From the NCBI GenBank assembly GCA_030704615.1, contig CM060731.1, positions 80,662,001 through 80,726,000 on the forward strand: DNA of 64,000 nt. Direction: 5' to 3'. The DNA is from Takakia lepidozioides (lineage: Eukaryota > Plantae > Bryophyta). The notes under the pieces were generated by a model, which was not told where the DNA came from, searched no databases, and saw only the letters and a list, made by a program, of their open reading frames with translations. Of the stretch, positions 14,111 through 26,880 are shown one piece after another (the stretch's first letter is position 1; each line of letters starts with the position of its first letter). The position numbers and the translations under genes are program-made.

Positions 14111-15119
14111 GCTGGCTATGAAGGGTTCTTGGCGGTAGAAGGGAGTTTGCGGGAGACTCTGTAATTGCTTTATTGTTGGCTATGCATCAGTGTCAAAAAT
14201 TGCTAAACCCCTGTTGTGCCTTCCCCAAGTGTCACCTCCTCTCATTTGCTGAAAACTACTTCATGAAGTACATCCAAGTAACAGCTCCCTCAGGTAAAAT
14301 CTTTCTTATTGAACAATGTATGAAGAATAAATGGATGAATTTTGAAGTTTATAATGGATGAAAGTAGATCTCGCTATTCACAAAGAGGAGCCATACGACT
14401 AGCCGCCTATTCTATGAAGTCTCATCCCTCCATTTGTAATGGAAATGAGTTTGAATGAGTTTCTTGTAAACCCTATCTGGGTTTGTCGATAGTAATGAAT
14501 ATTTCTCATGTCTGAAGGTGAGGCAAAATTTCAAATAGATATCATCGTGTAAAAAATGATGTTAAACAAGATTTCCTTAACCCTTAAGTGCCTATTGAAC
14601 CAGAAATAGGTTTTTGAGAAGTACCTAACCCTTAAGTGCATAAGCGCCCCAATTCCGATCACGTTTGACCCTATATCTTTTGCAGATTTTATAAAATTGC
14701 ATTGATTGCTTATGCAATGTTATAGACACTACATGTTAGAACACATCCACATGTCGGATTAGTATTTAATTGCAACAGGCTAGAACTGCGAGTTTTCGGA
14801 AAACGAAAGTCCTAGGGAAAATAGGTGGCAAGGGGACTCCCTCCGCGTTTTCCTACATGTGGGAGCCCTAGCATATCAGACTTGATCTCCTCCAATCTCG
14901 TATAAAATCGGTGTAGAGGCATATGGAATACAAAATAGTGAATCGGAGTATTAACCAGTGTTGGCCAGGTATAGCACTCTACCCCGGTTAGTGAGTCGGT
15001 TACCCCCCGGTTAGTAGGTATACATAATCACATACATGGTATTTTTACAAAACAGAGCAAATAGATAACCGACGGTTGGGAGGTGAGTATGTATATGTAC
15101 CCTATATTAAGGTTAGCAC

Positions 15120-16309
15120 AAGTGTTGGGAGGATACCCTTTTTCTGCCATTATACCCCTGAGGGTAAAACCCAATAAGGGTATATGGACATACCCTACAC
15201 TGGAAATTCCAAAATACCCTTACCCTACCCTTGTCAAGGGTAATTATTTTTGTTATACCCTTAATGGATTATACCCTAGGGTTTGAAATTTCGAAGGATA
15301 CCCTTACCCTAAGGGTAAATATGTTCAATGGATGGGTAATAGGGAACGGTATAATAATTTGATTACTAGGGGTTTAGGTTTAGGTGTGGTATTTGCTAGT
15401 AGAGAGGGCAAACACTAGCCATTTTATTTTTATTTTTTCCCCCTTCGTTGGTCTTCCTCTTCGGAGCTTGTGCTCCAAGACCGGTCATGCCACTCTCTCC
15501 TTGGAAAAAGCGTGTGCTAGTGGTGGTCCCCGCCACTGCCGCTCTCTCTTTCCTCGGTACCTGCCATTCTCTTATCTATGGTGCAAAGCGACCTCATTAT
15601 GATCAAATGTGTTGTTTTGTTATTATATTTTAGGGCCATTAGAGGAGCATTAATGAGGGCTAAAATTTTGCTATTCGTAAGCCACATAAAAAAATAAACA
15701 AAAATATAAATAAAATGCATATCCCGTTAAATTCTATATAACGGGGATGTTATATAATTGAAATGCTTCGTCTTGGTTAGGCCCTCTGGCAATCCCCTCC
15801 CCCCACCAAGGTTTTGGTTCTTAGTTAACTCCTACTTTCCCCCCCAACTCCCTACCAGTGCTGGGTGTTCCCCATGTGATACGCCTTTACAAACCCTTAG
15901 GAGGTTATTTTTTCCTCCTCTCTGTTCTCATTTTGCCACTCCAATAAAGTTTTTGTAGGGCCTCTGTCCTTTTTATCCGAAAAAAAAAGCTTTATTCTAA
16001 GTATTTAATAAAATTCACAAATTAAATCTAAAAAAATAATTTACCCTTTATAATTACCCTGGGATATCCTGAGGATATAAAAATGGTACCATTATCCTGC
16101 AATTACCCTTATCCTCATGGTATATGTGGCACCCAATACCCTTACCCAGAGGGTAAATGTTTACCAAAAATTTATATATACCCTTACCCAGAGGGTAAAT
16201 GTTTTCAAAAAATAGATTATACCCTTACCCTGAGGATAAGTTTGACCCCCAAAATCATGTATACCTTTATCCTGAGGGTAGAAAAAATCAATATACCCTC
16301 CCAACACTG
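15120..16309. mobile_element. Nested non-autonomous hAT element (TACCCT-rich family)
   Basis: TIRs (a)agtgttgggagg...cctcccaacactg; perfect TSD gttagcac at 15112-15119 and 16310-16317; many taccct subterminal repeats; sister copy at 35452-38185. Confidence 0.92.
15770..15988 (+). mobile_element. Short LINE 3'-end fragment carried inside the hAT MITE (also at ~37640-37872)
   Basis: ggttattttttcc...caataaa...agggcctctgtcc...A-tract, the same motif order as LINE ends at 41440-41550 and 55200-55350. Confidence 0.55.
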
Positions 16310-16948
16310 GTTAGCACTACACTATATACCCGGATTAGTAAGGCGTTTTGACCACCCCTAGAGCGGTTATAGTATAGTATAGGACACCTTCCTCCTCAGA
16401 CAACGCAGCTGCATTGATTGCCATGATTGCATGCATGCCTCAGTATTGGCAACTTTTGCAAAAGGTGCGCTCAGTATGTATAACTTATTGCTATGTTAAA
16501 TGTTAGCCAACTTCCATCTTTGCTTTCTTCCTTTCTTACTTTAGTCATTGTATTTGTCATTGTGGATAAATCTCTCATGTACTTGGAGCATTCTAGCATT
16601 ATCTATCTATTACTCATCTTTATTAAAGGTTCTCATCTTCATTTGGATGTCATGTGGGAATTGATTATTTTTAACGAAAATCATTGAGTAAATACAAGTG
16701 CCCATTCAATATATTATATGTAACCACCAATTGCATATATATATACGCCAATTTTAGGACACCTCTAACCGTCCTACTCATAACCGTCTAAATTTGAAGT
16801 ATTTTGTAGAATAGATAACCGGTGGATATACTAAAATAAAAAAATTGTCCTTATACATAACCATGGAGTGTGTCCATCCCAAAAATATTGAAGTAACCTT
16901 AACCGGTGGATATGTAAAATTCTTATAACCAGCCAACACTGGTATTAA

Positions 16949-19333
16949 CCCCTAAAGGACGACACGACCCGAAACGGGTCACGTCGAAATTTTGAATGGA
17001 TGAAAAATTTGTGGATGAAGTTGGATGAAATTGCAAGCGCGAAGGGTGGCGGCAGACCTCCCATCATTTCATCAAAATTGCTGAGGTGGCCCCTTTTTCT
17101 TGGCCGGAAGTCTCTACCGATCTCAAGTTCAGCTTAGAATGGTGTCATTTTTTTTAGGGTAGTGAGTATGAAGGCTAGCAACAACATGACTAGAGGAATT
17201 TTGCTTCCCAAAAATTGGGACACGTTTGGGATGATTTGGGGGGCCCATGGTAGAAAATGCCATTTTTACCCCCATTTTTCCCATACAAAGCAACCATTGT
17301 GAATTTTTTGGAATTTGGCTTTGGATTTTTGAGTAGACATGCTGTAGGTGCCATATAATCAAAATATGGATAGCCTGTATCAATGAAAATTGTATATGGT
17401 CGGCAATCTGCTTGGTCAAACCGTTTGATGATGCTGAATGTAACTGGATGGTTTTTAATTCTTTGCACATTGTTGTTTTTTTCTGGAATTTGGTTATGTG
17501 TCTTGTTGTTTTGCTTCTCATTCAGAATTCTGGTTGTTTGGTGATAGGATCACGGAGCCATCGAGCTGCTTGGCCGAGCTTTGGAATTGCACGTGATAGG
17601 GGCATTTGCTTGGAGCTAGAATGCGTACATGAATTCACACACTCAGTTTGGCACTTCAGAAAGTTGCAGATTAGGTAGTCAATCACTCTTCATACAGATA
17701 TGGGAGATTAGTGATCTATAGATTGGCTCTTCAAGTAGTTTTATAAAAGTGACAGGGTTTGATAACTGTTCAAGTATTGATAACCATTGTTGATATTTTG
17801 CAAGAATATTTTTGAGGACCATTGTTGATATCAGACCTCTATTTTTTCATAGAGTGCATTGTTGATACCAGCCTGGTACCAAAATTTAAAAACAAAACCC
17901 ATTATTTAAGAACTTACCAGGACACATAATCCAAATTTCTTCCTACCAAGGACCTACTGGTATAAGCAAAACCTGATACCAAGTCCAACACTAGAAAAGA
18001 CCATGTTTAGCCTCAAGATGCTTTGCAAGTGTTTTTGGGGGATCACAACTGTCCTCCATACATGCATGGAGTCTAAAAAATAGATTGTGCCTCCAAATAA
18101 AGCCATCCATGAAAAGTTGGAAGTTCTCCAAGTTCGGAGGGAAGTCCATGTGAAATTTGCACACATCCAATGCCAAAGATTGCCATGGAATGGCACAAAA
18201 CATTTTCTCGTCTATGGCCTTTGCGTGGCCCAATTTGGTTGGGCTAGATGGACAATCATCTTTGTGCGGCCCCTTTTTATCCCTTACTTGGCAGTTTTAG
18301 AAAATTGTACACATTGTAGGAATCATCCAACAGGCAAGTGGAGGAGGTCGGAGAACCAAATTGCGGAAAGTACCAAAGTGACATTTTAACATCCAAGAAA
18401 ATTATAGTGGTTTAACCCTTAAGTGCCTATATCCTAATTGAAACGACAAGGAACTTTCTAGAGCACACCTCACTCTAGATCTGTTGATGACCCGGGCGGC
18501 CCCGTTGGATGGACGGCGCACAATTGTTGAACGTAGGCCTTGCGACGTTGCTAGACGGCGGCTATGTTGCGGCCACAAAAGCTGTCGTCCCACAATGCGT
18601 TGAACAAGTGGCAAGCCATGTGTGATTGAGATGGTGTGTAATCCAACGGCCCACAATATTGGTGACTTTCTAGTATTCTCATAAAGATGTAAATGAAAAT
18701 GACAGGGGACGCGTGGAGCTCTACGATATGGTGCGTGCTTTCCGGAACGTATGTTAGACATCATAATGTAGTTCTCTTTGCGTTGGACAATTGGGTTGCG
18801 CGGATGCGTGGGCGGCAGTCTAGGGACGTTCCGACAACGCTGCGCGCTGAGGCCCTACGTTGTGGGAGTTGCGTTCCACTGACGTATATGGCCTGTGTGG
18901 CCCTGGTATGAGGCTAGGCCTCTACCACATATGATCCAAAAGAATGAACCCTATATATATGATGGGACCTCCCACTTCTACTTGATTACCAGATTTTGTA
19001 AATTTTCACCATTGATTTGAGAATATTATAATATTTTAGTGGGGATCAAATATTATTTCATTGGAAATCAAACCGGCATGGATTTACTTTCACCAAGCAT
19101 TTTATTTTATTTTAAGTTTTTCCCACGCACTCATAATTTGTGGCAGGTAACCCATCTTCCCACCAAATTTCATCAAGAAATTCCCACTCCAGCTAATGGC
19201 TCATTTGTACTGCAAATTTGGAGGGTCAACTTGGCCTCCATATCTGAAAGTAGCATGAGGTTCCAAAGTGACCACCCCCATTGCAGTTGAAATTTGAGAT
19301 TTTATTCGGTCCACATGTCATTATCTTTAGGGG
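16949..19333. mobile_element. piggyBac-like (TTAA) non-autonomous element, relative of 45223-46359 in opposite orientation; right boundary tentative
   Basis: TTAA|cccctaaaggacgac at left and ctttagggg|TTAA at right (only a 9-bp TIR match). 16949-17000 and 17095-17420 match the reverse complement of 46359-46300 and 45815-45455. Confidence 0.55.
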
Positions 19334-19484
19334 TTAATTTCGAGCGGAAAATTCAGGCTTGAATATGGATAGCGTGACATAATAAAATACAGGTGGGATA
19401 AAACTCCTCGGTAGTTATATCAGCTACCTGATTCTCCTAAGAAGGTTATAATGAAGACCAATCCACCTCTACAGTACTTCAACT

Positions 19485-19640
19485 GAGCCCCATCCAAAAC
19501 CAGACATACCCTCATGGATGAGGGTATATCTCTCATTTGTCAAACATCCAATGGGATGAACCGTACGTCGAATATGATCCTAGGACCTACTTCATACACC
19601 TCCTGTAAAAATATAGGAGATTTGACCATCTAATTAGGAA
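19485..19640 (+). repeat. Fragment of the piggyBac-like family subterminal region
   Basis: aaaaccagacataccctca(t/c)ggatgagggt...caaacatcc...ggatgaaccgt...acctacttcat matches 45255-45400. Confidence 0.75.
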
Positions 19641-22469
19641 GATTATAACACAAATGCTAGGCCAAATTTTCTACCATTCTCCATTTTCATAGTGAAAAAT
19701 GCTTATAGGTGTGAGATCTACCACACAAAGTATTAGGAAAGACAGTTAGATGTCAAAGTTCGTTTTAGATTATATATATATATATATATTCTACTTCGAA
19801 ATGAGAAAAGGATATGTCATTACTATTGCATGTCAAGCTCCATAAATGATGTCGATATTGCATATTATCATATCTTCACTTTCATATTTTAATTTGCTTT
19901 GTGACTACAGCTCCTAGTGACGGACACATCCTTCAAAGTTATAGTATTTGCTGGCACCTATACATGTTGCAACTGGCAAACGCTTGATTGTATTATGGTG
20001 AATTCGTGCTCGAATAATTATCCGCATGAAGATCAATGTGCAACAACCTCATTTGTCATATTTAAGTATCAAATTGATTTGACGAAGGTGGAAGCAGCAA
20101 CAATTCTCAAAGATATTAATTCCATCCTAAACGACCGTGCTTCTATGTGCCACAATGGAGAAATTATAACTTGGATATCAAATTTTGCAGGTGTAGTAAT
20201 ACCTGCAAAATACAATGCACTTTCACCATCTAAAGCTGCAAATTTCATCCCAAAATCATTGGCTACAACTATGTCCCGGATTTTATTGTGAATATTATCA
20301 ATGGGGGCACAATTGAACATAACTATGACACTAGAAAAAAAACGCGGAATAACCACTAGCCCTTTAACCACTACTGTCGTTTCCCACTCTATAAACCACT
20401 AGTAACCACTTGCCAGTGGTTAATCCCAATGAAATGCCACGGTGGCATCACAGACAGTGGTTGGAAGTGGTTTCAACCACTCAGTAGTCCACGTGTAATA
20501 ATTTATTTATTATTTATTATTTATTATTTGGTAATTTATTTTAGTTAATAAATATAATATTCCACGTGGACGAGCAGTGGTACATTGTGAGTGGTTATAG
20601 ACACCTCAGTGATGGGAAGTGGTTGAAACCACTTGCTACTCCACGTGTAATAATTTAAATTTTATTTATGATTTATGATTTGGAAAATCTATTTTAATTA
20701 ATAAATATAATATTCCACGTGGACGGGGACAGTGCACGTTGATCTTGAGTGGTTAAAGACACCTCATTGATTTGTACCATTTTGACAGTGGTGGAGAGTG
20801 GGTGGTGAAAGACACTACAGTAATTGGAACCACTATTCTACTTTATTCTGAATCTGAAACATATTCGTCGCCCTCTGAATCACTTTCCTCAACTGGAATA
20901 GCGGTTGGTTGTACAAATGCCGCTTAAATGTAGGTAGCCAACATAGCCAAGTCTTCAGTCTCTCATATTAGTTCTAGAATGTTATGTGGTTAAAGGCACC
21001 TCAGTGATTTGTACCACTTGGACAGTGGTGCATAGTGAGTGGTTAAAGACACCGCAGTGATTGGTATCACTTAGACGGTGGTAGATTGTGAGTGATTAAA
21101 GACACCTCAGTGACTGGCACCACTCTTGTGGTGATACATGAAAATGTTTAAGTGGTTTGTGCACCTGTGATAAACTTTTAAAAACATACAAGTGTCCAAA
21201 TCATTGTATGATGATGCGACTGAACAGATGGTTCCAAACAATCAACTTTATTCTAAATCTGAATCACAATATTCATTCTCTAAAGCATTTTCCTCAACTG
21301 GAACAATGTTTGGCCATACAAAACTAGCTTGAAATATGGTAGCCAACATAGCCAGCTCTTCTCCACTTAGAGCCGTGGCACCATCTAATGACCTAGGTAT
21401 GCGCTGATCTGATAAGGTAGAGGGTGCCCGTAGACCATCAAAATTTGCATTTTCTCCAATGTCCAAACTTCAACGATGAATTTCAGAATGAAAATAAATT
21501 AAGCCAGTTCCAAAAATACAAAATTTCCAAATAATTGAACTCACTACAAGGCTTGATAATAGTTGTTTACATTTCATTCAAATTTTTATATGTCACATCT
21601 AGTAAATAAGCCTGATTTGTGAGCTGTAGCTCCTAGGTGTTTCCCTTTATTTTTTATTCTTTTAAATAGATAATCTAATATACTTTGGAAAAATCTATAG
21701 ACTTTTTGCAAGAACCCAAAAATGAGGTGTAGGTGGGTAGCATTGTAAGCCCTGAAGCTATCCCCCCAAAAACTATGTCAAACAGGTTTTATATGACCCG
21801 GATATGACCAAACATGCATTACATAATTTAAATTTGGTCATATTAATTAGTTCATTTTGGCCTGCCTTTATCGATTTCTACTACCACTTCATAAAAAAAT
21901 TAACATTGTACTCATTACAATAAAGTGAAATTCACATACCATACCACATATAAAAAGGACGTAGCAGGATTTGAGCCCCAAACCACTGGGGTAACAAAAA
22001 GTGTACTATCCAATCAAAGTTCAAAATAATTCAAAATGGATTTAGGGTTGCGGGGTTGTGTGCTGAATGATGAGTCTTCGACTTGGTCGTTTTTCTTTGT
22101 TTGTGTCGTGGGATGAATTGCAGGTGCATAGCTAGGTCCGAGATGGAAGCTTTGTAGACCACCTGCGCTCAAGCGATGCGGGGAGGGTTGAGCTCGACAG
22201 CTTTGGAGACATGCGCGCAATTGAAGTGGGGACGGTTGAAGCTCGACAGCTTCCTAGCTTTTTCATACGGCCCTCAATATCGTCCTCTCCACCCTCCTCT
22301 CTACCCCAGCGTGCTTTCCAACTCTCCATCAATCTTGTTCCCACCCTCTTCATTTCTCATGCTTTTGCTGCAGTAGGTCGCTCGAGGCTTGGGTCTTCTG
22401 TTGCCGGTTCTTTAGGGGCACCATTGCCAGGAAGTTGTATTCTAGGGCTCAGCCATTTATATATTCATG

Positions 22470-22685
22470 AAGGGAAAAGAGGTCCATGGTGACATCGTCA
22501 AGGCTGGAATAGTACCAAATGTCATTCTGAACTATACCCTTGTTGATATGTATGCCAAATGTGGAAGCACTGTGGATGCAAAGGAAGTGTTTGATGGACA
22601 AACGAGATGTGGTGTTCTGGAGTGCTACGATTGCAGGACATGCACAACATGGATATGGGGGATGGAGGCTTTGGAGACCTGTGAG
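22470..22685 (+). pseudogene. Captured PLS-class pentatricopeptide repeat (PPR) gene fragment, frameshifted
   Basis: GKEVHGDIVKAGIVPNVILNYTLVDMYAKCGSTVDAKEVFD / MDKRDVVFWSATIAGHAQHGYG / EALE, the typical L-S-P motif succession split across frames. Confidence 0.9.
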
Positions 22686-22739
22686 CAAATTCACATCAGC
22701 AGGGAGTGAAGCCAGACTGAGTCACATTCATTTCTGTTG

Positions 22740-24433
22740 TGCCCTATCTTCATGCCAATTTCTCTAATTTGGGTGTGCTATGGTTTGGTGGATTTGTAGC
22801 AAGTAGGGTGATGAAGATATGCTAGCCTTCAGAGCTATAAAGATCTTCAAGGGGTTGTGGTCTGGCCCCCAATATAGTTGCACATGTTGTTCAAGTTTCC
22901 AGACATTCAGCTACTTTGATGGGCCTATCTTCTTGCCAACTAGTGTTATCAACATATGGTGGCCTTCAGAGCTTTGGAATTTCTTAAGGGGTTGTGGTCT
23001 GGCCCCCAGCAGATCTGCACTTGTTGTTCAAGTTTTCGAACATTCAGGTACTCAAATGGGCCTCTCTTCTTGCCATCCAATTGTGGTGTGCTATGGCTTG
23101 AAACATTTCTAACAACTAGTGTGATCAAGTTATGGTGGCCTCCTGAGCTCTGAATTTTCTTAAGGGGTTTGGTCGAGCCCCCAACAGATCTGTATTTGAA
23201 GTTTCCGGACGTTCAGGTACTCAGATGGGCTTATCTCCTTGCCAATTGCTCCAATTGTGGAGTGCTATGGCTTGAAACATTTCTAACAACTAGTGTCATC
23301 AAGTTAAGGGCCTCCTAAGCTCTGAATTTTCTTAAGGGGTTTTGGTCCGACCCCCAACAGATCTGCACTTGTTGTTCAAGTTTCCGGACATTCAAGTACT
23401 CAGATGGGCCTATCTCCTTGCCAACTGCTCCAATTGTTGTGTGCTATGGCTTGAAACATTTCTAACAATTAGTGTGATCAATTTATGGTGGCCTCCTGAG
23501 CTCTGAATTTGCTTAAGGGTTGTGGTCTGGCCCCCAATAGATCTGCACTTGTTGTTCAAGTTTCTGGGCGTTCAGCTACTTTGATGGGCCTATCTTCTTG
23601 CCAATTCCTCCATTTGTCGTGTGCTATGGCTTGGCACATTCTAACAACTAGTGTGATAAATATATGGTGGCCTCCAGAGCTTTGGAGTTTTCTTAAGGGG
23701 TTGTGGTCTGGCCCCCAACAGATCTGCACTTGTTGATTGTTGGCCGAGCAATTGTTGTACAGGACGCTAACCGTTCTCACCACTTTGAAGATGGGATTTG
23801 TTCTTGTGGGGATTACTGGTGAGATGATGTTTTCTTGGAAAGATGCGAGTTTCTTGCTTCATTCATTGATCTGTGTAGCTACTCACATCATCCACCATTT
23901 CCTGAGAGTATTGACCATGATGAACTATTGAGTGCATCTCCTGTGGCATATCCACGGGAAATGATAGTGGGGTCTACCCGTCATAGGTGGGAAGTCAGCC
24001 CATAATTGACTGATTTTGATGACAGTGGATGGAAATCAGAGTGCTGTCCTAATTTTGGGTCTGGGTGGTGGAGCTTCTCTAAAGCTTAAAGATGGAAGTG
24101 AATACAAATGGGCCTATCTTCTTGTCAACTGCTCCAGTTTGGGTGGGGCCTATGGCTTGGTGGATCTGTTATAAGTAGGGTGATGAAGATATGTAACCTC
24201 CATATCCATAAACATTTATAAGGGGTTCTGGTCTGGCCCACAATAGATCTGCACTTGTCATTCAAGTTTCCAGATGTACAGGTACTCAAATGGATCTATC
24301 TTCTTGTCATTTTCTCTAATTTAGGTGGGCTATGGATTGGTGGATTTGTTACAAGTATGGTGATGAAGATATGATAGCTTCTAGAACCATAATGTTTTCT
24401 AAGGGGTTGTGGTCTGGCCCCTAGCAGATCTGC
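22740..24433. repeat. ~173-181 bp tandem repeat array (about 8 units, interrupted at ~23740-24105) inside Pack-CACTA 1
   Basis: Anchor agatctg at 23011, 23186, 23359, 23539, 23720, 24245, 24426; shared motifs gggcctatcttcttgcca and aaggggttgtggtctggcccc. Confidence 0.9.
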
Positions 24434-25000
24434 TTGGAAGCTGCAGCAACAGCGGCACAATTGTTAAAATCAGGTACTGCTAATGAAGACACATTCTTCA
24501 ACACATTCCATCATGTTTTTCCCTCTTATCAGAATCGGCCATGTTGAATTCTGATAGTTAACTGGTTGAGTGAACCTTTGATAGTTTGGAGTGACTGACA
24601 TGATACTGCCAATGTGACAACATGAAAGTATCCAAAAACAGGTAACAGAGATAAGGAGAAGTTGTGGAATGAATACTTTTCTGACCCCAATGGTGGGACA
24701 ATCGAGGCATAAAGGTGAATGCCTGTTTGATTATAGAGAGTAGCAGATGCAATTGAGCATAAGAACTAGTGCGATAAGTAGGGTTGGGGTGTTTGCTGGA
24801 ACAACTCTAGGCTGTCATTGTCAGCTGCTAGCAGCAAGCCAAGGATGAATGCATGATTTGTGCAGAGGCATGGATAGCTGAAGGAGCAGAGATAGAGTGT
24901 GGGTCCAGATTCATCCAAGAGGGCCAGATTTCAAGCATAAGGTTACCTATGATTTCCTGTGGATCAATAGCTACAAGAAACCTGCATGGGTAGATGGTCT
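24430..25000 (+). pseudogene. Captured OSB-type PDF-motif gene fragment (organellar ssDNA-binding protein family) with intron
   Basis: EKLWNEYFSDP / WWDNRGIK | GT intron 24715-24908 AG | IHPRGPDFKHKVTYDFLWINSYKKPAWVDG, matching the PDF motif LW..FF..P..WWDNR..K..P..PDFKHK.....LW......WV. Confidence 0.85.
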
Positions 25001-26689
25001 ATCACTGACCAAAAGGCAGGAAAGTAGTTCATGGCTTTTAGCATGCCTGCGGAGACGTAGTGTAGATGTAGTATCTCACCCTTTATCAGGGTTGGATTTT
25101 GTTGACTCTGTTCCAACGCTTATTGTCTTGGATTCTATTCTGTTTTTTGAATGGTGAATCTTCAAGAGTATTTGGATTTGCAGATTCATTTGGAATGTAT
25201 GGGAATTGTAGGAGAATTGTATGGGAATGTATGAATCACATACACACCACTTTGTTAGTGGTATATGTAAGACTGTGACGATAGGCAAGAGTGGTTGTAC
25301 TCCTCCATATGTAGCCCCAATCACTTACATACCACTCTTGTAGTAATAATTCAAATACATGGTTCATACTTGGTGGGACATACTGGATGACTTAGTCAGT
25401 GGTTTTAGCACACAAACCTAACCACTACATCAATACTGGTAGAACCACTCCGTCTGTGGTTTTAGCACATAACCTAACTACATTGATACTGGTAGAACCA
25501 CTCAGTAAGTGGTTTTAGTATACAACCAAATCACTACATCAATACTATTAGAACCACATTTGTAATATGGCCACGTGTCCAGATAATGGAGCCCATAATC
25601 GTCTAACTGGATTCGGCCACGTGTCCGTCGATTGCTAAGTATGATCGACGGATTTGCTGCGTCCACGTCGCATACGGTGGAAGTGGTTTGTTGTGAAGTG
25701 GTTGGTTTACCACTGTGATACGTCAGACATGGTTTGGCTTACCACTGTGACACGTCATAAGTGGTAAGTGATACGTAAGCGAACAGCTAGACTCGGAGGC
25801 AAGTGATCGTAACCACTGTCTTTAACCACTTCGGACACGTCATGTCTTTTACCACTGCTGAGTCAAGTTCCACTGGTTCTTCATCACATTGGGGCCAGAG
25901 TGGTTGGGTGTCTTTTCCCACTCAAAATGAGTTGTTACCAGAGTGGTTATTCCGCGTTTTTTTTCTAGTGTGATGGTAACCAGATTCCGGTTTCATGCTG
26001 GGAAGGAACATGCCAAGGTCCAAACATCAATTGGGATGGAAGTATAGGTCCTCATTTAGATATTTGCCCTAATGGCATTGACGATAATTAATGCACAACT
26101 ATAGTATACAACACTAGATCGTATAGATAAAACCGTAGAGCGATGTTCATGAAAATGAAAGTCAAATGCCAAAGTTTGTTCCAGTTGTTTAGCTGTTTTA
26201 TGAAGAAATACCAATTAAAGAATATGATACAAATTGTACAAGATAAGCTTCCCAAAGAGGCATATTTTGGGAGGCTTTAGAGAAGATTGAACGTAAGGAG
26301 ATAGAATAAGTTGCCTAATTCTGATAAAGAAAAAAGTTCTCATTGGAGAATTACGTGTAATTTTGGATTGAAATAGTGTGAGTCGAGGGCAATTTCCAAC
26401 TTACAAATAACACCAATTCATGGAATCAGTGTGTCCAAAATAAGCATCCAGTCCATAGCCTCTGCCGTTGGCCCAAGCGTCCAGTGTTATCTAAGACCAA
26501 GTGCAATCTCCTATGTATCCAAGTGCTTCTCCCATAATGAGGCCCAAGTGCAACCTCCAGTGTCCAATGTCATCTAAGTCCAAGTGCAATCCCAAAGCCC
26601 ACTTTGTTATTTTTGCAATCTCCCCTGTCAAGGCTTCATATATTGAAATATCCACTTTGCTAATTTTCGCGAACTTCCAGTGACCAAAA

Positions 26690-26880
26690 GTACTTGAAAT
26701 TCCATATCTCCCACACCGCAGGTCCAAAAATCATGAGACTAGGTCGGTGCACCCCTCCTCATTGAGGGCTTTCCAACGGTACCAAGCACCAGGGCTGGGG
26801 CCCCGGGGTTCGGGACATCTCAACGTGACAAAACAAACAAAACAAACAAACAAACTACCTTCATTCATATATTTATTTGT
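26690..26880 (-). repeat. Dispersed repeat terminus with (AAAC)n tract, class uncertain
   Basis: Minus strand gaaggtagtttgtttg...gtcacgttgaga...ttggtaccgttggaaagccctc. From memory it resembles an abundant moss repeat; unverified and single copy here. Confidence 0.35.

Larger units (their letters stand above)
14956..16941. mobile_element. Non-autonomous hAT element (outer, host of nested MITE)
   Basis: TIRs cagtgttggc...gccaacactg; perfect 8-bp TSD gtattaac at 14948-14955 and 16942-16949. Confidence 0.92.
20329..25970. mobile_element. Non-autonomous CACTA (En/Spm) element with captured gene fragments (Pack-CACTA 1)
   Basis: Perfect 29-bp TIR cactagaaaaaaaacgcggaataaccact; 3-bp TSD tga (20326-20328, 25971-25973); dense accact/agtggt subterminal repeats; no transposase ORF. 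Confidence 0.95.

Noticed and set aside
15368-15384. Telomere-like ggggtttaggtttagg
   Set aside because: Only about two imperfect units, inside a MITE
18485-18910. GC-rich segment with weak inverted similarity (possible MITE)
   Set aside because: Only patchy arm matches and no clear TIR or TSD
22740-24433. Tandem array as LRR/NLR coding repeats or a CRISPR array
   Set aside because: The period is often not a multiple of 3, there is no LxxLxL pattern, there are no unique spacers, and the context is eukaryotic
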